From Deltaproteobacteria bacterium (GTDB taxonomy: Bacteria > Desulfobacterota > GWC2-55-46 > DRME01), in NCBI GenBank assembly GCA_011375175.1, contig DRME01000072.1:1782-65781 (forward strand): a stretch of 64,000 bases of DNA, in the 5' to 3' direction. A program made the position numbers and the translations under genes. Numbering within the stretch: position 1 is the stretch's first letter; each line of letters starts with the position of its first letter. Positions 45,570 to 55,035 of the stretch are shown here, piece by piece. A model generated the notes under the pieces. That model had not been told where the DNA came from. It did no database searches and saw only the letters and a list, made by a program, of their open reading frames with translations.

Positions 45570-46952
45570 ATGCTCAAAGGTCTTCTGAGGAAAAAGCGCA
45601 ACAGCAGGAAGCTCTGCATAGTCGGTCTCGACGGCGTGCCCTGCACGCTGCTCAAGGAATACATGGACAAGGGGTATCTGCCGTCCCTGTCGCGCATACT
45701 CGATGGCGGTTTCAGGCTCCACCAGATGGACGCCTCGATCCCCGACGTCTCGTCCACGTCGTGGACCTCCTTCATGACCGGCGTGAACCCGGCCGAGCAC
45801 GGCATCTACGGCTTCATGGACCTGCGGCCCGGAGGCTACGAGCTCTTCTTCCCCAACTCGTCGGACATAAAGGCCCCGGCGCTCTGGGACATCGCCGGGA
45901 AGAGAGTCGACGGCAAGACGTCGACTCTCGCCGAGAGTTACGGAGACCGCCTTTGCGAGCCTCTTCGTTCCGTCGTGCTCAACATACCGCAGACCTACCC
46001 GGCCCGGCCTCTGAACGGCCTGCTCACCGCCGGGTTCGTCTGCCCCGACCTGAGAAAGGGCACCTACCCAGACTCGCTCTACCGCTACCTCGACTCCATC
46101 GGCTATCTCTCCGACGTCGACGCAACCAGGGCGGTGAGCGACGCCGACGGCTTCTTCAGGGAGCTGTTCGAGGCCCTCGAAAAGCGAAGGATCGCCTACG
46201 AGCACCTCATGAGGAACGAGGAGTGGGACCTCTTCATCGGCGTAGTCACCGAGACGGACAGGCTCCACCACTTCTTCTTCCACGCGGCCCGCGACGACGG
46301 CGACCCGCGCCACCGGGTCTTCGTCGACCTCTACCGGGAGATCGACTCGCTCGTGGGCTCGCTCTTCGACACCTTCATGGACATGACCGGCGGCGAGGGC
46401 TTCTTCATGACCATGTCGGACCACGGTTTCACTACACTCGAGAGGGAATTCTACATCAACGCATGGCTCAGGCGCGAGGGCTTCCTCAAGCTCGACCCCT
46501 CGGGCAGCTTCTACGAGCAGGTGGCCGCGGGCACCAGGGCCTTTGCGCTCGATCCCGCCAGGATATACATCAACGTCGAGGGGAGGTATCCGCGTTCCGG
46601 TGTCGCCGCCGCCGACAGGGACGCCGTGAAGTCGGAGCTCAAGTCCCTCCTCTCGGAGATCCGCCACAGTGACGGCAGGAAGGTCGTAAGGGAGATATAC
46701 GACGGCGACGAAATCTACGACGGACCCATGCGCGCCAGCGGGCCGGACCTGGTCTGTCTCCCCAGCGACGGCTTCGATATCAAGGGCGCCCTGAAAAAGG
46801 ACGAGCCTTTCGGAAAGGGACACTTTACGGGAATGCACACATCCTATGACGCCCACTGCGTGCTGCCCGAGGGAGCGCGGACGCCGGAGCGCCTTCAGAT
46901 AGAGAACCTCGCCTGGATCGCCCTGGAATACCTCGCCGGTCGAGGCGCTTAG
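45570..46952 (+). CDS. Alkaline-phosphatase superfamily enzyme, type I phosphodiesterase/nucleotide pyrophosphatase-like
   Basis: KLCIVGLDGVPCTLLKEYMDKGYLPSLSRI...DVSSTSWTSFMTGVNPAEHGIYGF...FMTMSDHGF: metal-ligand pattern of the PF01663-type phosphodiesterase family. Confidence 0.65.
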   Translation: MLKGLLRKKRNSRKLCIVGLDGVPCTLLKEYMDKGYLPSLSRILDGGFRLHQMDASIPDVSSTSWTSFMTGVNPAEHGIYGFMDLRPGGYELFFPNSSDIKAPALWDIAGKRVDGKTSTLAESYGDRLCEPLRSVVLNIPQTYPARPLNGLLTAGFVCPDLRKGTYPDSLYRYLDSIGYLSDVDATRAVSDADGFFRELFEALEKRRIAYEHLMRNEEWDLFIGVVTETDRLHHFFFHAARDDGDPRHRVFVDLYREIDSLVGSLFDTFMDMTGGEGFFMTMSDHGFTTLEREFYINAWLRREGFLKLDPSGSFYEQVAAGTRAFALDPARIYINVEGRYPRSGVAAADRDAVKSELKSLLSEIRHSDGRKVVREIYDGDEIYDGPMRASGPDLVCLPSDGFDIKGALKKDEPFGKGHFTGMHTSYDAHCVLPEGARTPERLQIENLAWIALEYLAGRGA

Positions 46953-46973
46953 TTCGGAAAGGAGTTACATGCC

Positions 46974-47777
46974 ATGGATCATCTCAGTGCGCTGGAGAAC
47001 AAGAGCATCTTCATAATAAGGGAGGCCTACTACAGGTTCCGCAACATCGCCATGCTCTGGTCTGTAGGCAAGGACTCTACCACCCTTCTGTGGCTTTGCC
47101 GCAAGGCCTTCTTCGGCAGGATACCCTTTCCGGTAATCCACATCGACACGGGCTACAAGTTCCCCGAGATGTACAGGTTCAGGGACGAGTACGCCAGGAA
47201 ATGGGGGCTCAACCTCATAGTGGGGCGCAACGAGGAGAAGATAGCCGAGGGCATGGGGCCCGACAAGGGCGCAAAGCTCGACTGCTGCAACGAGCTCAAG
47301 ACCAACGCCCTCAAGCAGACCATAGCGAAGTACGGGATCGACGCGCTCTTGCTGGGCATACGGCGCGACGAGCACGGAATACGCGCAAAAGAGAGGGTCT
47401 TCTCGCCGCGCGACGACGACTTCAAGTGGAACTACGAGGACCAGCCCGCCGAGCTCTGGGACCAGTACAAGTCCACCGCCGCCGAGGACAATCACTTCAG
47501 GATACATCCCATACTCCACATGACGGAGCTTGACATCTGGCGCTACATCAGGCGGGAGAATATCCCTCTCTCGGAGCTGTATCTTGCCAGGGACGGCAAG
47601 CGCTACCGGAGCCTGGGATGCGTGCCATGCTGCGGCCCCGTGGAGTCGACGGCGTCGAACGTGGACGAGATTATATACGAGATCGAACACTCCACGACCT
47701 CGGAGCGCGCCGGAAGGGCCCAGGACAAGGAGGATGCCTACACCATGCAGAAACTGCGCTCGCTGGGCTACATGTAA
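46974..47777 (+). CDS. cysD: Sulfate adenylyltransferase subunit 2
   Basis: MDHLSALENKSIFIIREAYYRFRNIAMLWSVGKDSTTLLWLCRKAFFGRIPFPVIHIDTGYKFPEMYRFRDEYARKWGLNLIV... (PAPS reductase-like fold, SxGKDS motif). Followed 13 nt later by the cysN GTPase. Confidence 0.85.
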   Translation: MDHLSALENKSIFIIREAYYRFRNIAMLWSVGKDSTTLLWLCRKAFFGRIPFPVIHIDTGYKFPEMYRFRDEYARKWGLNLIVGRNEEKIAEGMGPDKGAKLDCCNELKTNALKQTIAKYGIDALLLGIRRDEHGIRAKERVFSPRDDDFKWNYEDQPAELWDQYKSTAAEDNHFRIHPILHMTELDIWRYIRRENIPLSELYLARDGKRYRSLGCVPCCGPVESTASNVDEIIYEIEHSTTSERAGRAQDKEDAYTMQKLRSLGYM

Positions 47778-47789
47778 GGAGGAACCGCG

Positions 47790-49013
47790 ATGATGGAGGA
47801 GAATTCGCTTCACATAGTGATAGTAGGGCACGTCGACCACGGCAAGAGCACCCTTATAGGGAGGCTCTTCTACGACACCGGTTCCCTCCCCCCCGACAAG
47901 CTCGAAGAGATAAGGCGCATAAGCGCTTCCCAGGGCAGGGACACGGAGTTCGCCTATGTGATGGATCACCTCGAGGAGGAGCGCAACAAGGGCATCACCA
48001 TAGACATAGCCCATACCTTCTTCACCACCGACAGGCGCCGCTACGTCATAATAGACGCGCCCGGCCACAAGGAGTTCATAAAGAACATGATAAGCGGAAC
48101 GTCGCAGGCCGAGGCGGCGCTCCTTCTCGTCGACATAAGCCAGGGCATAAGGGAGCAGACCCGCAGGCACTGCTACATACTGAGCATGCTCGGCGTGAGA
48201 CAGGTGGCGGTGGTGGTCAACAAGATGGACATGGTCGGCTACGACCGTCAGCGCTTCGAGGCCCTGGCAACGGAGATCACGGCGCTTCTCGAAGGTCTCG
48301 GCGTGACCCCTTCCTATGTGATACCAATCAGCGCAAAGCTGGGCGACAACGTGGCGGCCCGTTGCGAGCGGCTCGACTGGTTCGACGGTCCAACGGTGCT
48401 CGAGGCCCTTGACAGTTTCGAGGCCCTCAAGGTGGAGGAGAAGGGGTTGAGGTTCCCGGTCCAGGACATCTACGACCTCGACGGTGTCGCCGTCGCCGTG
48501 GGCCGGGTGGAGGCCGGACGGATCGAAAAGGGCCGCAAGGCGATAGTCCTTCCCGACAACAGGGAGGTGACGATCCTTGAGGTGAAGAAATTCGGCGAGG
48601 ACGACATGGCCTGCGCCGGCGCCGGCGAGTGTGTGGGGCTGAGGATCGAGGGAGAGGGGCTGCGCAGAGGTCACGTGCTCGTCGACAAGCCCACGGCGAC
48701 CGTGACCGACACCATAGAGGCCAATATCTTCTGGATGGTGGAGAAGGATTACGAGATGGGCGTTCCCGTCACATGGAAGTGCGCCACCCAGGAGGCGCGC
48801 GGCACGATAAGGAAGATCAGCAAGCGCTTTGATCCCGCCTCCATCGAGATCATAGAAAAGGACGCCAGCCGCATAAAGCCCGCCGAGGTAGCCGAGGTTG
48901 AGATAAGACTCGACCATCCGGTGGTCATCGACAGGTTCGCCGACATCCCCGAGATGGGGCGCTTCGTCCTGGAGCACAGGGGATACCCCGTCGCCGGCGG
49001 CATCATAATCTGA
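47790..49013 (+). CDS. cysN: Sulfate adenylyltransferase subunit 1 (GTPase; no APS kinase fusion)
   Basis: [20 protein letters not shown] (G1), DAPGHKEF (G3), NKMD (G4); 407 aa EF-Tu-like three-domain protein. Confidence 0.85.
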   Translation: MMEENSLHIVIVGHVDHGKSTLIGRLFYDTGSLPPDKLEEIRRISASQGRDTEFAYVMDHLEEERNKGITIDIAHTFFTTDRRRYVIIDAPGHKEFIKNMISGTSQAEAALLLVDISQGIREQTRRHCYILSMLGVRQVAVVVNKMDMVGYDRQRFEALATEITALLEGLGVTPSYVIPISAKLGDNVAARCERLDWFDGPTVLEALDSFEALKVEEKGLRFPVQDIYDLDGVAVAVGRVEAGRIEKGRKAIVLPDNREVTILEVKKFGEDDMACAGAGECVGLRIEGEGLRRGHVLVDKPTATVTDTIEANIFWMVEKDYEMGVPVTWKCATQEARGTIRKISKRFDPASIEIIEKDASRIKPAEVAEVEIRLDHPVVIDRFADIPEMGRFVLEHRGYPVAGGIII

Positions 49014-49153
49014 CGATTCGGCGGCCGCGGCGAACCGGCAATGGCGTGGTCTCGGGAAGGTCCGCCGCCGTGTGCTCCACGTGGCGACGGCAAACCTGCC
49101 AGTTCCTCACATAAAAACGTCTAATCAACGAAGTATGATGTCTTCAAACGTCT

Positions 49154-49500
49154 GTGGCGCAAGTGACTACGCAGCGTTCCGTACTCTGTGAGGGAGTTGG
49201 GGCATTCTGTTGCCGGCTGATAGAGTATTGTAGTCGAAGCGGCACGGCCACCTGCTTCCCGGCCGAGAGCCTGTTGTTCGACCGCCCTCTCGCAGCCTCG
49301 CTCGCTGAGGCAAGGCTCGACACCATATGCTTCTCCATTGATGACTTTGGTGGGACAGCGGATGCCGTTCGGCGGAAGCGGGTCGCATTCGTCAAGGTAA
49401 GACGGGTGCTCGAAAACGTCCTTACAGGGCGCGGCGGGGCAAACGACCGAAGATCGAGATATGCACGACCATATTCGATTCTGCAAGCGGTTGAAATCAA
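49154..49500 (+). pseudogene. Decayed fragment of a radical SAM/SPASM gene, paralogous to the central part of 58971..60128. It lacks the Cx3Cx2C N-terminus and is frameshifted after ...ENVL
   Basis: IEYCSRSGTATCFPAESLLFDRPLAASLAEARLDTICFSIDDFGGTADAVRRKRVAFVKVRRVLENVL aligns with IEHCSRNGMATYFPTNSLLLDRDTAASLVEAGLDTIYFSLDDVGETGDAIRGSDGSFAKVKQALENVL of the intact gene. The next conserved segment PKIEVCTTVSNM appears as KIEICTTIFD in a different frame (about 49448-49490) and is followed by a stop. Confidence 0.6.
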
Positions 49501-49516
49501 GGGACCGGAGGATGGC

Positions 49517-51310
49517 GTGGCTGTTTTGTCTTCGGAAAAGATCGATTTGCTATACAACGAGGTGCGCAGGGGTGGGTGGACTAAAGGATTCTCGCTGTTG
49601 GCCTCGTCTCTGCCTTTCGATGAGGTATTGCTCCTGGACAATGTCGTCAACGGCGGCTTTGTTGGCTGGAAGTTGCTCCTTGATCTCTCTGGAATAAGAA
49701 GAGCCTTGATAGTTGAGACTCTGCTGGGGAATATAACGGAATCATTCGCACTCCATTGCGGCGAAGTCCACACGCTGCACTTCGATCAGCGGATACTGGA
49801 ATGTGTAGTGGAAAGGTTGAAGGAGAAGAAGATTGAAAATGTAACCCATGGCAGGCTTGATGGCGGCAAGGACCTGCCTTTTGTCGATAACTCCTTTGAT
49901 CTGATTGTCGTGCACGATATGGGTGTCGTATTCCAGTATCTTGACGGCGGGGCGGCACATAAAGAAAAGTTGAAATGGTTTTTGGGGGAGACAAGAAGGC
50001 TCTTGGCGGAGTCCGGTACCCTTTACCTTTCGTTCGGTAACAGGCTCGGCCTCTATAATCTTTTTCACCGGACAAGGCGCGGGAGCGGTGTTGCAACTCC
50101 AGGAAGTGAGAGGGAGTTGTTCTCAATGTATGAGGTTAAGAGGGTTCTGCGTGAAAGCGGTCTAAACTCGTTTAAATTCTATGCGGCAAACCCCTCAATA
50201 GAGGAGATGAGACAAATCAGGAGGTTGTGTTCTCCCATGGACTTTAGCTGGAGGGAGAAGGGTGGGAGCAGGGGGGTTAAAGCCGCTATAAAGGATTACT
50301 TCAAGAGTTCGGGTATATGCGCTCAGGCCTTTGTGGTCACTGCCTCAACTTCCGGGGGGGCAGGATTCTTGGAACAAATAATCGATTATTCAGGGTTGGG
50401 CGAGAAAGGATGCAAGATAAAGGATTTCAAACTGGGCAATGTCCCTATAGCGATACTCGAATCTGACGAAAACAAAGTACGTGACGGAGGTTTCGTCGTA
50501 CGCTTGCCTCTCGACAAAGAACGCATCGGTCTTTGCAAGCGCAACGCCGACACATTGAGCTTGCTGGCGGAGATGAAGTGGGAGGGGGTCGGCATATCCC
50601 GTCCCTGGAAAAAGACTTACAATGGACTGACCTTCTTTGTGGAGGATAAGATAGCGGGTGTTTCGGCCAGAGACAACCTCGGCGCTTCCTTCGCAGACTG
50701 CTTTACGAATATTGCCGATTACTTGATCGACATGCACCTGAGAACCGCAAGAAGGGCTACATTGACGGCTGATTCTTTCGTAAGGCTTTTTGAACCCTAT
50801 AAGAGCTTTCTTGAAAGCAATCTCGACAAGGCCGACGGCGGTCGTCTCGGCTCCTTCGAGAGGTTTGTGAGGACGAGGCTCGTGGGGGCGGAGCTTCCGA
50901 AGGTGCTCCAGCACGGCGACTTGAGCCTGGAGAATGTCTTGGTCGACCCGGAAACGGCTTCCGTTAATGGTATCATAGACTGGGAGTTCTCCGAGCACGA
51001 GGGACTGCCTTTTATTGACTGCCTTCAGCTGATCGCTTCCAAGCGAAGAGTGCAACAGAGGAAGACTCTCGGCGATATCTTTGCGACGGTCATCTTGCCG
51101 TTGAGGTTCGATGCCTTGGAGAAAAACTTTGTGGAAAGGTATGTCGAAGCTCTTGGAATAGACAGGAACCTTCTGGCGCCGTTGGCGATCATATCGTGGC
51201 TTCATCATATTGTAAGAAAAGTGCGATTTCAATTCTTGTGGAGCCATCCCGAGTGGAAGGAAAACGGGATAGCCGGACCATTCAGGGTCGTAAGGTCCCT
51301 GTACTTGTGA
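49517..51310 (+). CDS. Bifunctional-looking protein: class I SAM-dependent methyltransferase-like N-domain plus aminoglycoside/choline-kinase-like phosphotransferase C-domain (low-GC island gene)
   Basis: In frame with track ORF 49154..51310; the start is uncertain (GTG 49517 proposed; no in-frame ATG until far downstream). MTase-like region: LLLDLSGIRRALIVETLLGN...FDLIVVHDMGVVFQYL...ESGTLYLSFGNRLGLYN. Kinase-like region: Brenner motif HGDLSLENVLVD and IIDWEFSEHEGLPFID. Confidence 0.5.
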   Translation: MAVLSSEKIDLLYNEVRRGGWTKGFSLLASSLPFDEVLLLDNVVNGGFVGWKLLLDLSGIRRALIVETLLGNITESFALHCGEVHTLHFDQRILECVVERLKEKKIENVTHGRLDGGKDLPFVDNSFDLIVVHDMGVVFQYLDGGAAHKEKLKWFLGETRRLLAESGTLYLSFGNRLGLYNLFHRTRRGSGVATPGSERELFSMYEVKRVLRESGLNSFKFYAANPSIEEMRQIRRLCSPMDFSWREKGGSRGVKAAIKDYFKSSGICAQAFVVTASTSGGAGFLEQIIDYSGLGEKGCKIKDFKLGNVPIAILESDENKVRDGGFVVRLPLDKERIGLCKRNADTLSLLAEMKWEGVGISRPWKKTYNGLTFFVEDKIAGVSARDNLGASFADCFTNIADYLIDMHLRTARRATLTADSFVRLFEPYKSFLESNLDKADGGRLGSFERFVRTRLVGAELPKVLQHGDLSLENVLVDPETASVNGIIDWEFSEHEGLPFIDCLQLIASKRRVQQRKTLGDIFATVILPLRFDALEKNFVERYVEALGIDRNLLAPLAIISWLHHIVRKVRFQFLWSHPEWKENGIAGPFRVVRSLYL

Positions 51311-51891
51311 CGATCGCCACCGTGGACGGTATGAAGAACCGAATAGTATTGTTTTTCGCCATGGCCGACTCAGACATCGGCAACGTCTTTTCGGGACGGC
51401 CTGTTAATACTCCGGCCACAAGTATGCCTGAATATGCTATAGTAATCTCGTGGAAAAGATAGAGACTCGCAGACTATCCGAAGCAGTGTTTGAGGACAAG
51501 GGCCTTAAGCCGCTGCGGTTGATGAAGAAGGGGATTGGTCGCCTCCGAAGTGGAGGAAGTTGCAGGTCTACATGGAGAGACTGACGGGTTGGTGTCCGTT
51601 CCGGGCGATCATCAGCTCGGATAAGGCGCTCAGCTCCATGGACGGCTTTCGCGGTAGGGGCCGGAACGCTTTTGAGAGTATTTCCGGCGTGAAGATCCAC
51701 TATACTTCCATGGAAATTGTGTTTAACTACCTTGAGGGAGCCGGGGGCTTATACGCCGGCTCCCCCGGCGGAACACATCAGAGTCTCCATAATAGATATA
51801 GCCGGTCGACTTGACGGCCACCGTTGGGTATCGAAGAAGTTTCCTGAGATGGGTTAAATCGACTTTTCTTCCATCAGTGTACGCCTGAGTT

Positions 51892-53010
51892 ATGAGAGTA
51901 GAGCTTATAGAATCGTGCGACGGCCTCAAGCGGCTCTCGGGCAGATGGAATGAACTGCTGGAGGAGAGCGGCTGCGCTAACATATTCCTCACCGAGGAAT
52001 GGGTCTGGACGTGGTGGGAGTGTTTCGGTGACGGCAAGCGACTGTATATAATAACCGTGTATACCGACGAGGGAGAGCTTGTGGGTATCGCGCCCTTCTT
52101 GAGACATCGTGTCCGGACTTGCGGAATGGACTTCACGGCGGTGGGATTGCTTGGTTCGGGCGACGAAGTCTCGCCCGACTACCTCGACATAATCGTCCGT
52201 AAGAATATGAGCGACAAAGTAGCGGAAGAGGTGGCCGGCTTTCTTCTCGGCGCCGGCAAGAGGGACTGGGACCTTGTTGCTCTCAACGATGTGCTCTCCA
52301 ACTCGATCGTGATGGCCATGGTGAAGAAAATGGCCGACAGCCGGGGATTGAAGTTGTGGGACTTTCCCCACAACGCTTGTCCGTATATCCGTCTGCCCGA
52401 TACGTGGGACGAATACTCCAAGAGTATCTCCGGCAAGAAGAGATACGAGATGAGAAGGAGGCTCAAGCTGCTGAAAAAGGACCACCGTGTGGAGTTTGTG
52501 CGGCTTGAGAGGAGAGAGGATGTTGAAGACGCCCTCAGTACCTTCTTCTCCCTACATTCAGGCCGCTGGGAGGGACGGGGTAAAAAAGGGATGTTTGACG
52601 CCCATAATAATGTCATGGCCTTCCACAGGAAAGTGGCACCTCTGCTCTTTGAAAGGAACTGGCTTCGCATCTTCTTCTTGAAGGTCGACGGCAAGCCGGT
52701 GGCGGCGCTCTACGGCTTCGAATACGACCGACGACTCTTTCACTACAACGCCGGCTACGATATCAGCTGGTCGAAGTTTGGAGTGGCCAAGCAACTCATT
52801 GCCTTTGTAATCGAGGAGTCTATCGTCAATGGTCTTGTTGAGTTTGACTTCCTGAAAGGGGAGGAGCCTTACAAGTACGACTTCACTAAGACCCAGCGAC
52901 AGCTCTTCACCGCTCTGCTCTGGAGCGACTCGCTGAAAGGAAGGCTCCACAGGGTGGCTAATGGCGCCTTGCGTAAACTGAAAGGCTATAAACGACAAAT
53001 CAACACCTGA
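51892..53010 (+). CDS. FemAB-like / CelD-like GNAT-fold acyltransferase (PEP-CTERM/exosortase-locus type), paralog A
   Basis: MRVELIESCDGLKRLSGRWNELLEESGCANIFLTEEWVWTWWECFGDGKRLYIITVYTDEGELVGIAPF... Collinear with 57797..58945 (SVFLTWEWLYTWWKSFGDDKQLYIIVAGDDETRAILPLY). Low-GC coding sequence. Confidence 0.7.
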   Translation: MRVELIESCDGLKRLSGRWNELLEESGCANIFLTEEWVWTWWECFGDGKRLYIITVYTDEGELVGIAPFLRHRVRTCGMDFTAVGLLGSGDEVSPDYLDIIVRKNMSDKVAEEVAGFLLGAGKRDWDLVALNDVLSNSIVMAMVKKMADSRGLKLWDFPHNACPYIRLPDTWDEYSKSISGKKRYEMRRRLKLLKKDHRVEFVRLERREDVEDALSTFFSLHSGRWEGRGKKGMFDAHNNVMAFHRKVAPLLFERNWLRIFFLKVDGKPVAALYGFEYDRRLFHYNAGYDISWSKFGVAKQLIAFVIEESIVNGLVEFDFLKGEEPYKYDFTKTQRQLFTALLWSDSLKGRLHRVANGALRKLKGYKRQINT

Positions 53011-53039
53011 AGGTGGGGGCCGTATACGACTTGCAGGTT

Positions 53040-53340
53040 GACTTTGCTGGTGGTCAGGGAAGCTCTGATCGATTACCCTGGAGGAAATTTGCTGTAGAAG
53101 GGCCATAGGTCTGAGGGAACCGCGGGGCTATGCCCCTTTTATTACCCTGAGGTAACCTTTTTGTAAAAAGGTTCCCTCAGACTCCCTCCAAAAACTTTTA
53201 ACGCCCTGCGGATCACCCCGATTTTGCTTGCAAAATCGGGGTGATCCGCAGGGAATTTAAAGTCTTTGAAGGGCCTGGGGAAAACGTGGGCCTATGGCCC
53301 TTCTACAGAAAGTTTCCCTCAGTGTAATAAATCAGAGCTT
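53040..53340. repeat. MITE-like modular hairpin repeat element copy inside the low-GC island
   Basis: Left end ggaagctctgatcgattaccctggagg. Modules cctgaggtaacctttttgtaaaaaggttccctcag, ctccctccaaaaacttttaacg, ctgcggatcaccccgattttgcttgcaaaatcggggtgatccgcag, aaagtctttgaaggg, gaaaacgtgggcctatggcccttctacagaaagtttccc. Right end aataaatcagagcttcc. Confidence 0.85.
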
Positions 53341-53383
53341 CCATAAGAGTATAAACACTCCAAGCCTAAAAGGATGATGAACT

Positions 53384-54790
53384 ATGAGCGGTACCGGTAG
53401 ACCCAACATGATAATTTTTCTCATGGACTGCGTCAGGCCCGATCACATGTCCTGTTACGGCTATCGGAGAGAGACGACGCCCAACTTGGACAGGATGGTA
53501 AAGGAGGAAGGGACCCTCTTCAGGCAGGCTATCACTACTTCCGGATGGACACTGCCTACTCATGCTTCCCTGTTCACCGGCGTATACCCTTCTCTTCATG
53601 GGGCGAGTAAGGAATACCTCAGTCTGGACAAGACTTATCCGACGATGGCGGAGATATTGGGGGAGGTTGGCTACCAGACGGCAGGTTTCAGTTCCGTCGG
53701 CTATGTAAGCAGGGCCACAGGGCTGGATAGGGGATTCGATGCCTTTTTCGAGAGCTTCGATAAGGAAGGGATGGGCGCCAATCTCAATAGATACATGTTA
53801 AAGTATTTGGCGTTGCGGTTGCTGGCCAAGCATACCGGCCTGGGGTGGAAGGACGCCATACCCGGTAAGATCGTCAACTGGAAGGTTAAGGACTGGCTTC
53901 GCAGATGCGACCGCTCAAGGCCTTTTTTCTTGTTCATCCACTACATAGACGCACATAAGCCTTACTCGTTCAACCGCTTTTACAACCGCAAGTTCATTGG
54001 CTGCGACGGCAAACTCAAGCTGTCGAAAGAGATATCCCACTACAACTGGCCACATTTTACACTCCAACTCGACTCACTCGACAAGGAGCTCATTACAGAC
54101 CTTTATGACTCGAAGATATATACCGTGGACTACTGTATATCCGAAATTATGGATTACCTGAAGAGGCTCGGCAGTTATGACAACACGGCATTTTTTGTCA
54201 TGGCTGACCATGGAGAGATCGTCACGGACAGATACGATCACCACTTCTTTCTGAACGAAGACGTGCTGCGGATACCTCTTCTTGTGCGGTGGCCGGCGCT
54301 CTTCGAGCCAGGCACCGAGAGGGATGAACTCGTAAGTATCGTGGATATCCTCCCAACTCTCCTCGACATTGCCGGCGTGGCCACGCAAGGCCGGTTCGAT
54401 CATCTCCAGGGCCGGACTCTCCTGTCGTCCTGTGATGAAGAGAGGTTTGTGATAGCCGAGCGAGGCAAGATGCTGGATCCGTGGTTTGAGAAATTTCCGG
54501 AACTCAAGGAGCGGGATGACATCCCACCCCTCGACTGCGTTATGAAGGTATTGAGGACGAAGCGATACAAATACGTATGGTCCTCCACCGGGGAAGAGGC
54601 CCTTTACGACGTCATCGCCGACTCGGCGGAATCCGAGGACCTCGCTGCGGCGCTGCCTGAGGTGGTTGAAGAATACAAGGGATTGCTGTTTGAAACACTC
54701 AAGGGGGGGAGGAACAGGAGTGACCGGCAAAAGAGCACGGAGGTAGAGGAGACGGTGCGAAAATCTCTGGAGAGTCTTGGATACCTTTGA
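53384..54790 (+). CDS. Sulfatase-family (PF00884-like) hydrolase/transferase lacking the formylglycine CxPxR motif
   Basis: NMIIFLMDCVRPDHMSCYGYRRETTPNLDRMVKEEGTLFRQAITTSGWTLPTHASLFTGVYPSLHG; the position where sulfatases carry C/S-x-P-x-R reads GWTLPTH, so true sulfatase chemistry is doubtful. Full alkaline-phosphatase-like core follows (FLFIHYIDAHKPY..., VMADHGE). Confidence 0.6.
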   Translation: MSGTGRPNMIIFLMDCVRPDHMSCYGYRRETTPNLDRMVKEEGTLFRQAITTSGWTLPTHASLFTGVYPSLHGASKEYLSLDKTYPTMAEILGEVGYQTAGFSSVGYVSRATGLDRGFDAFFESFDKEGMGANLNRYMLKYLALRLLAKHTGLGWKDAIPGKIVNWKVKDWLRRCDRSRPFFLFIHYIDAHKPYSFNRFYNRKFIGCDGKLKLSKEISHYNWPHFTLQLDSLDKELITDLYDSKIYTVDYCISEIMDYLKRLGSYDNTAFFVMADHGEIVTDRYDHHFFLNEDVLRIPLLVRWPALFEPGTERDELVSIVDILPTLLDIAGVATQGRFDHLQGRTLLSSCDEERFVIAERGKMLDPWFEKFPELKERDDIPPLDCVMKVLRTKRYKYVWSSTGEEALYDVIADSAESEDLAAALPEVVEEYKGLLFETLKGGRNRSDRQKSTEVEETVRKSLESLGYL

Positions 54791-55035
54791 AGTGTCGGTT
54801 GCCGAAGCCGCCGCCCTGCCTTACATGATGACGGCGCTTTGTTGCTCGTGTGGAGACGAGGGGGATGGCGGTGTTGGCTTTACCACCTGGAGAGCATGAT
54901 ACTTTGCCAAGTAAGAAGGCAGCTTCTGCCGCTGCCGGTGACTGGTGGAGACGAAAGAGGGGTGCTTGATCATCCGTCTGGCGTGAGGCTTGGGCACCGG
55001 GGGAAGAGCGGAAAATGAGATGAACAGGCGATACC

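Noticed and set aside
51437-51891. Small ORFs (51196..51462, 51560..51814) between the kinase-like gene and the FemAB-like gene
   Set aside because: No SD and no recognisable motifs, and they overlap in different frames. Treated as a non-coding spacer of the low-GC island.
3086-53340. Possibility that the recurring repeats are a CRISPR array
   Set aside because: The units are long (over 200 bp) and modular, dispersed over 50 kb between genes, lack regularly spaced unique spacers and lack cas genes. Their architecture is TIR-bounded nested hairpins, i.e. MITE/REP-like.
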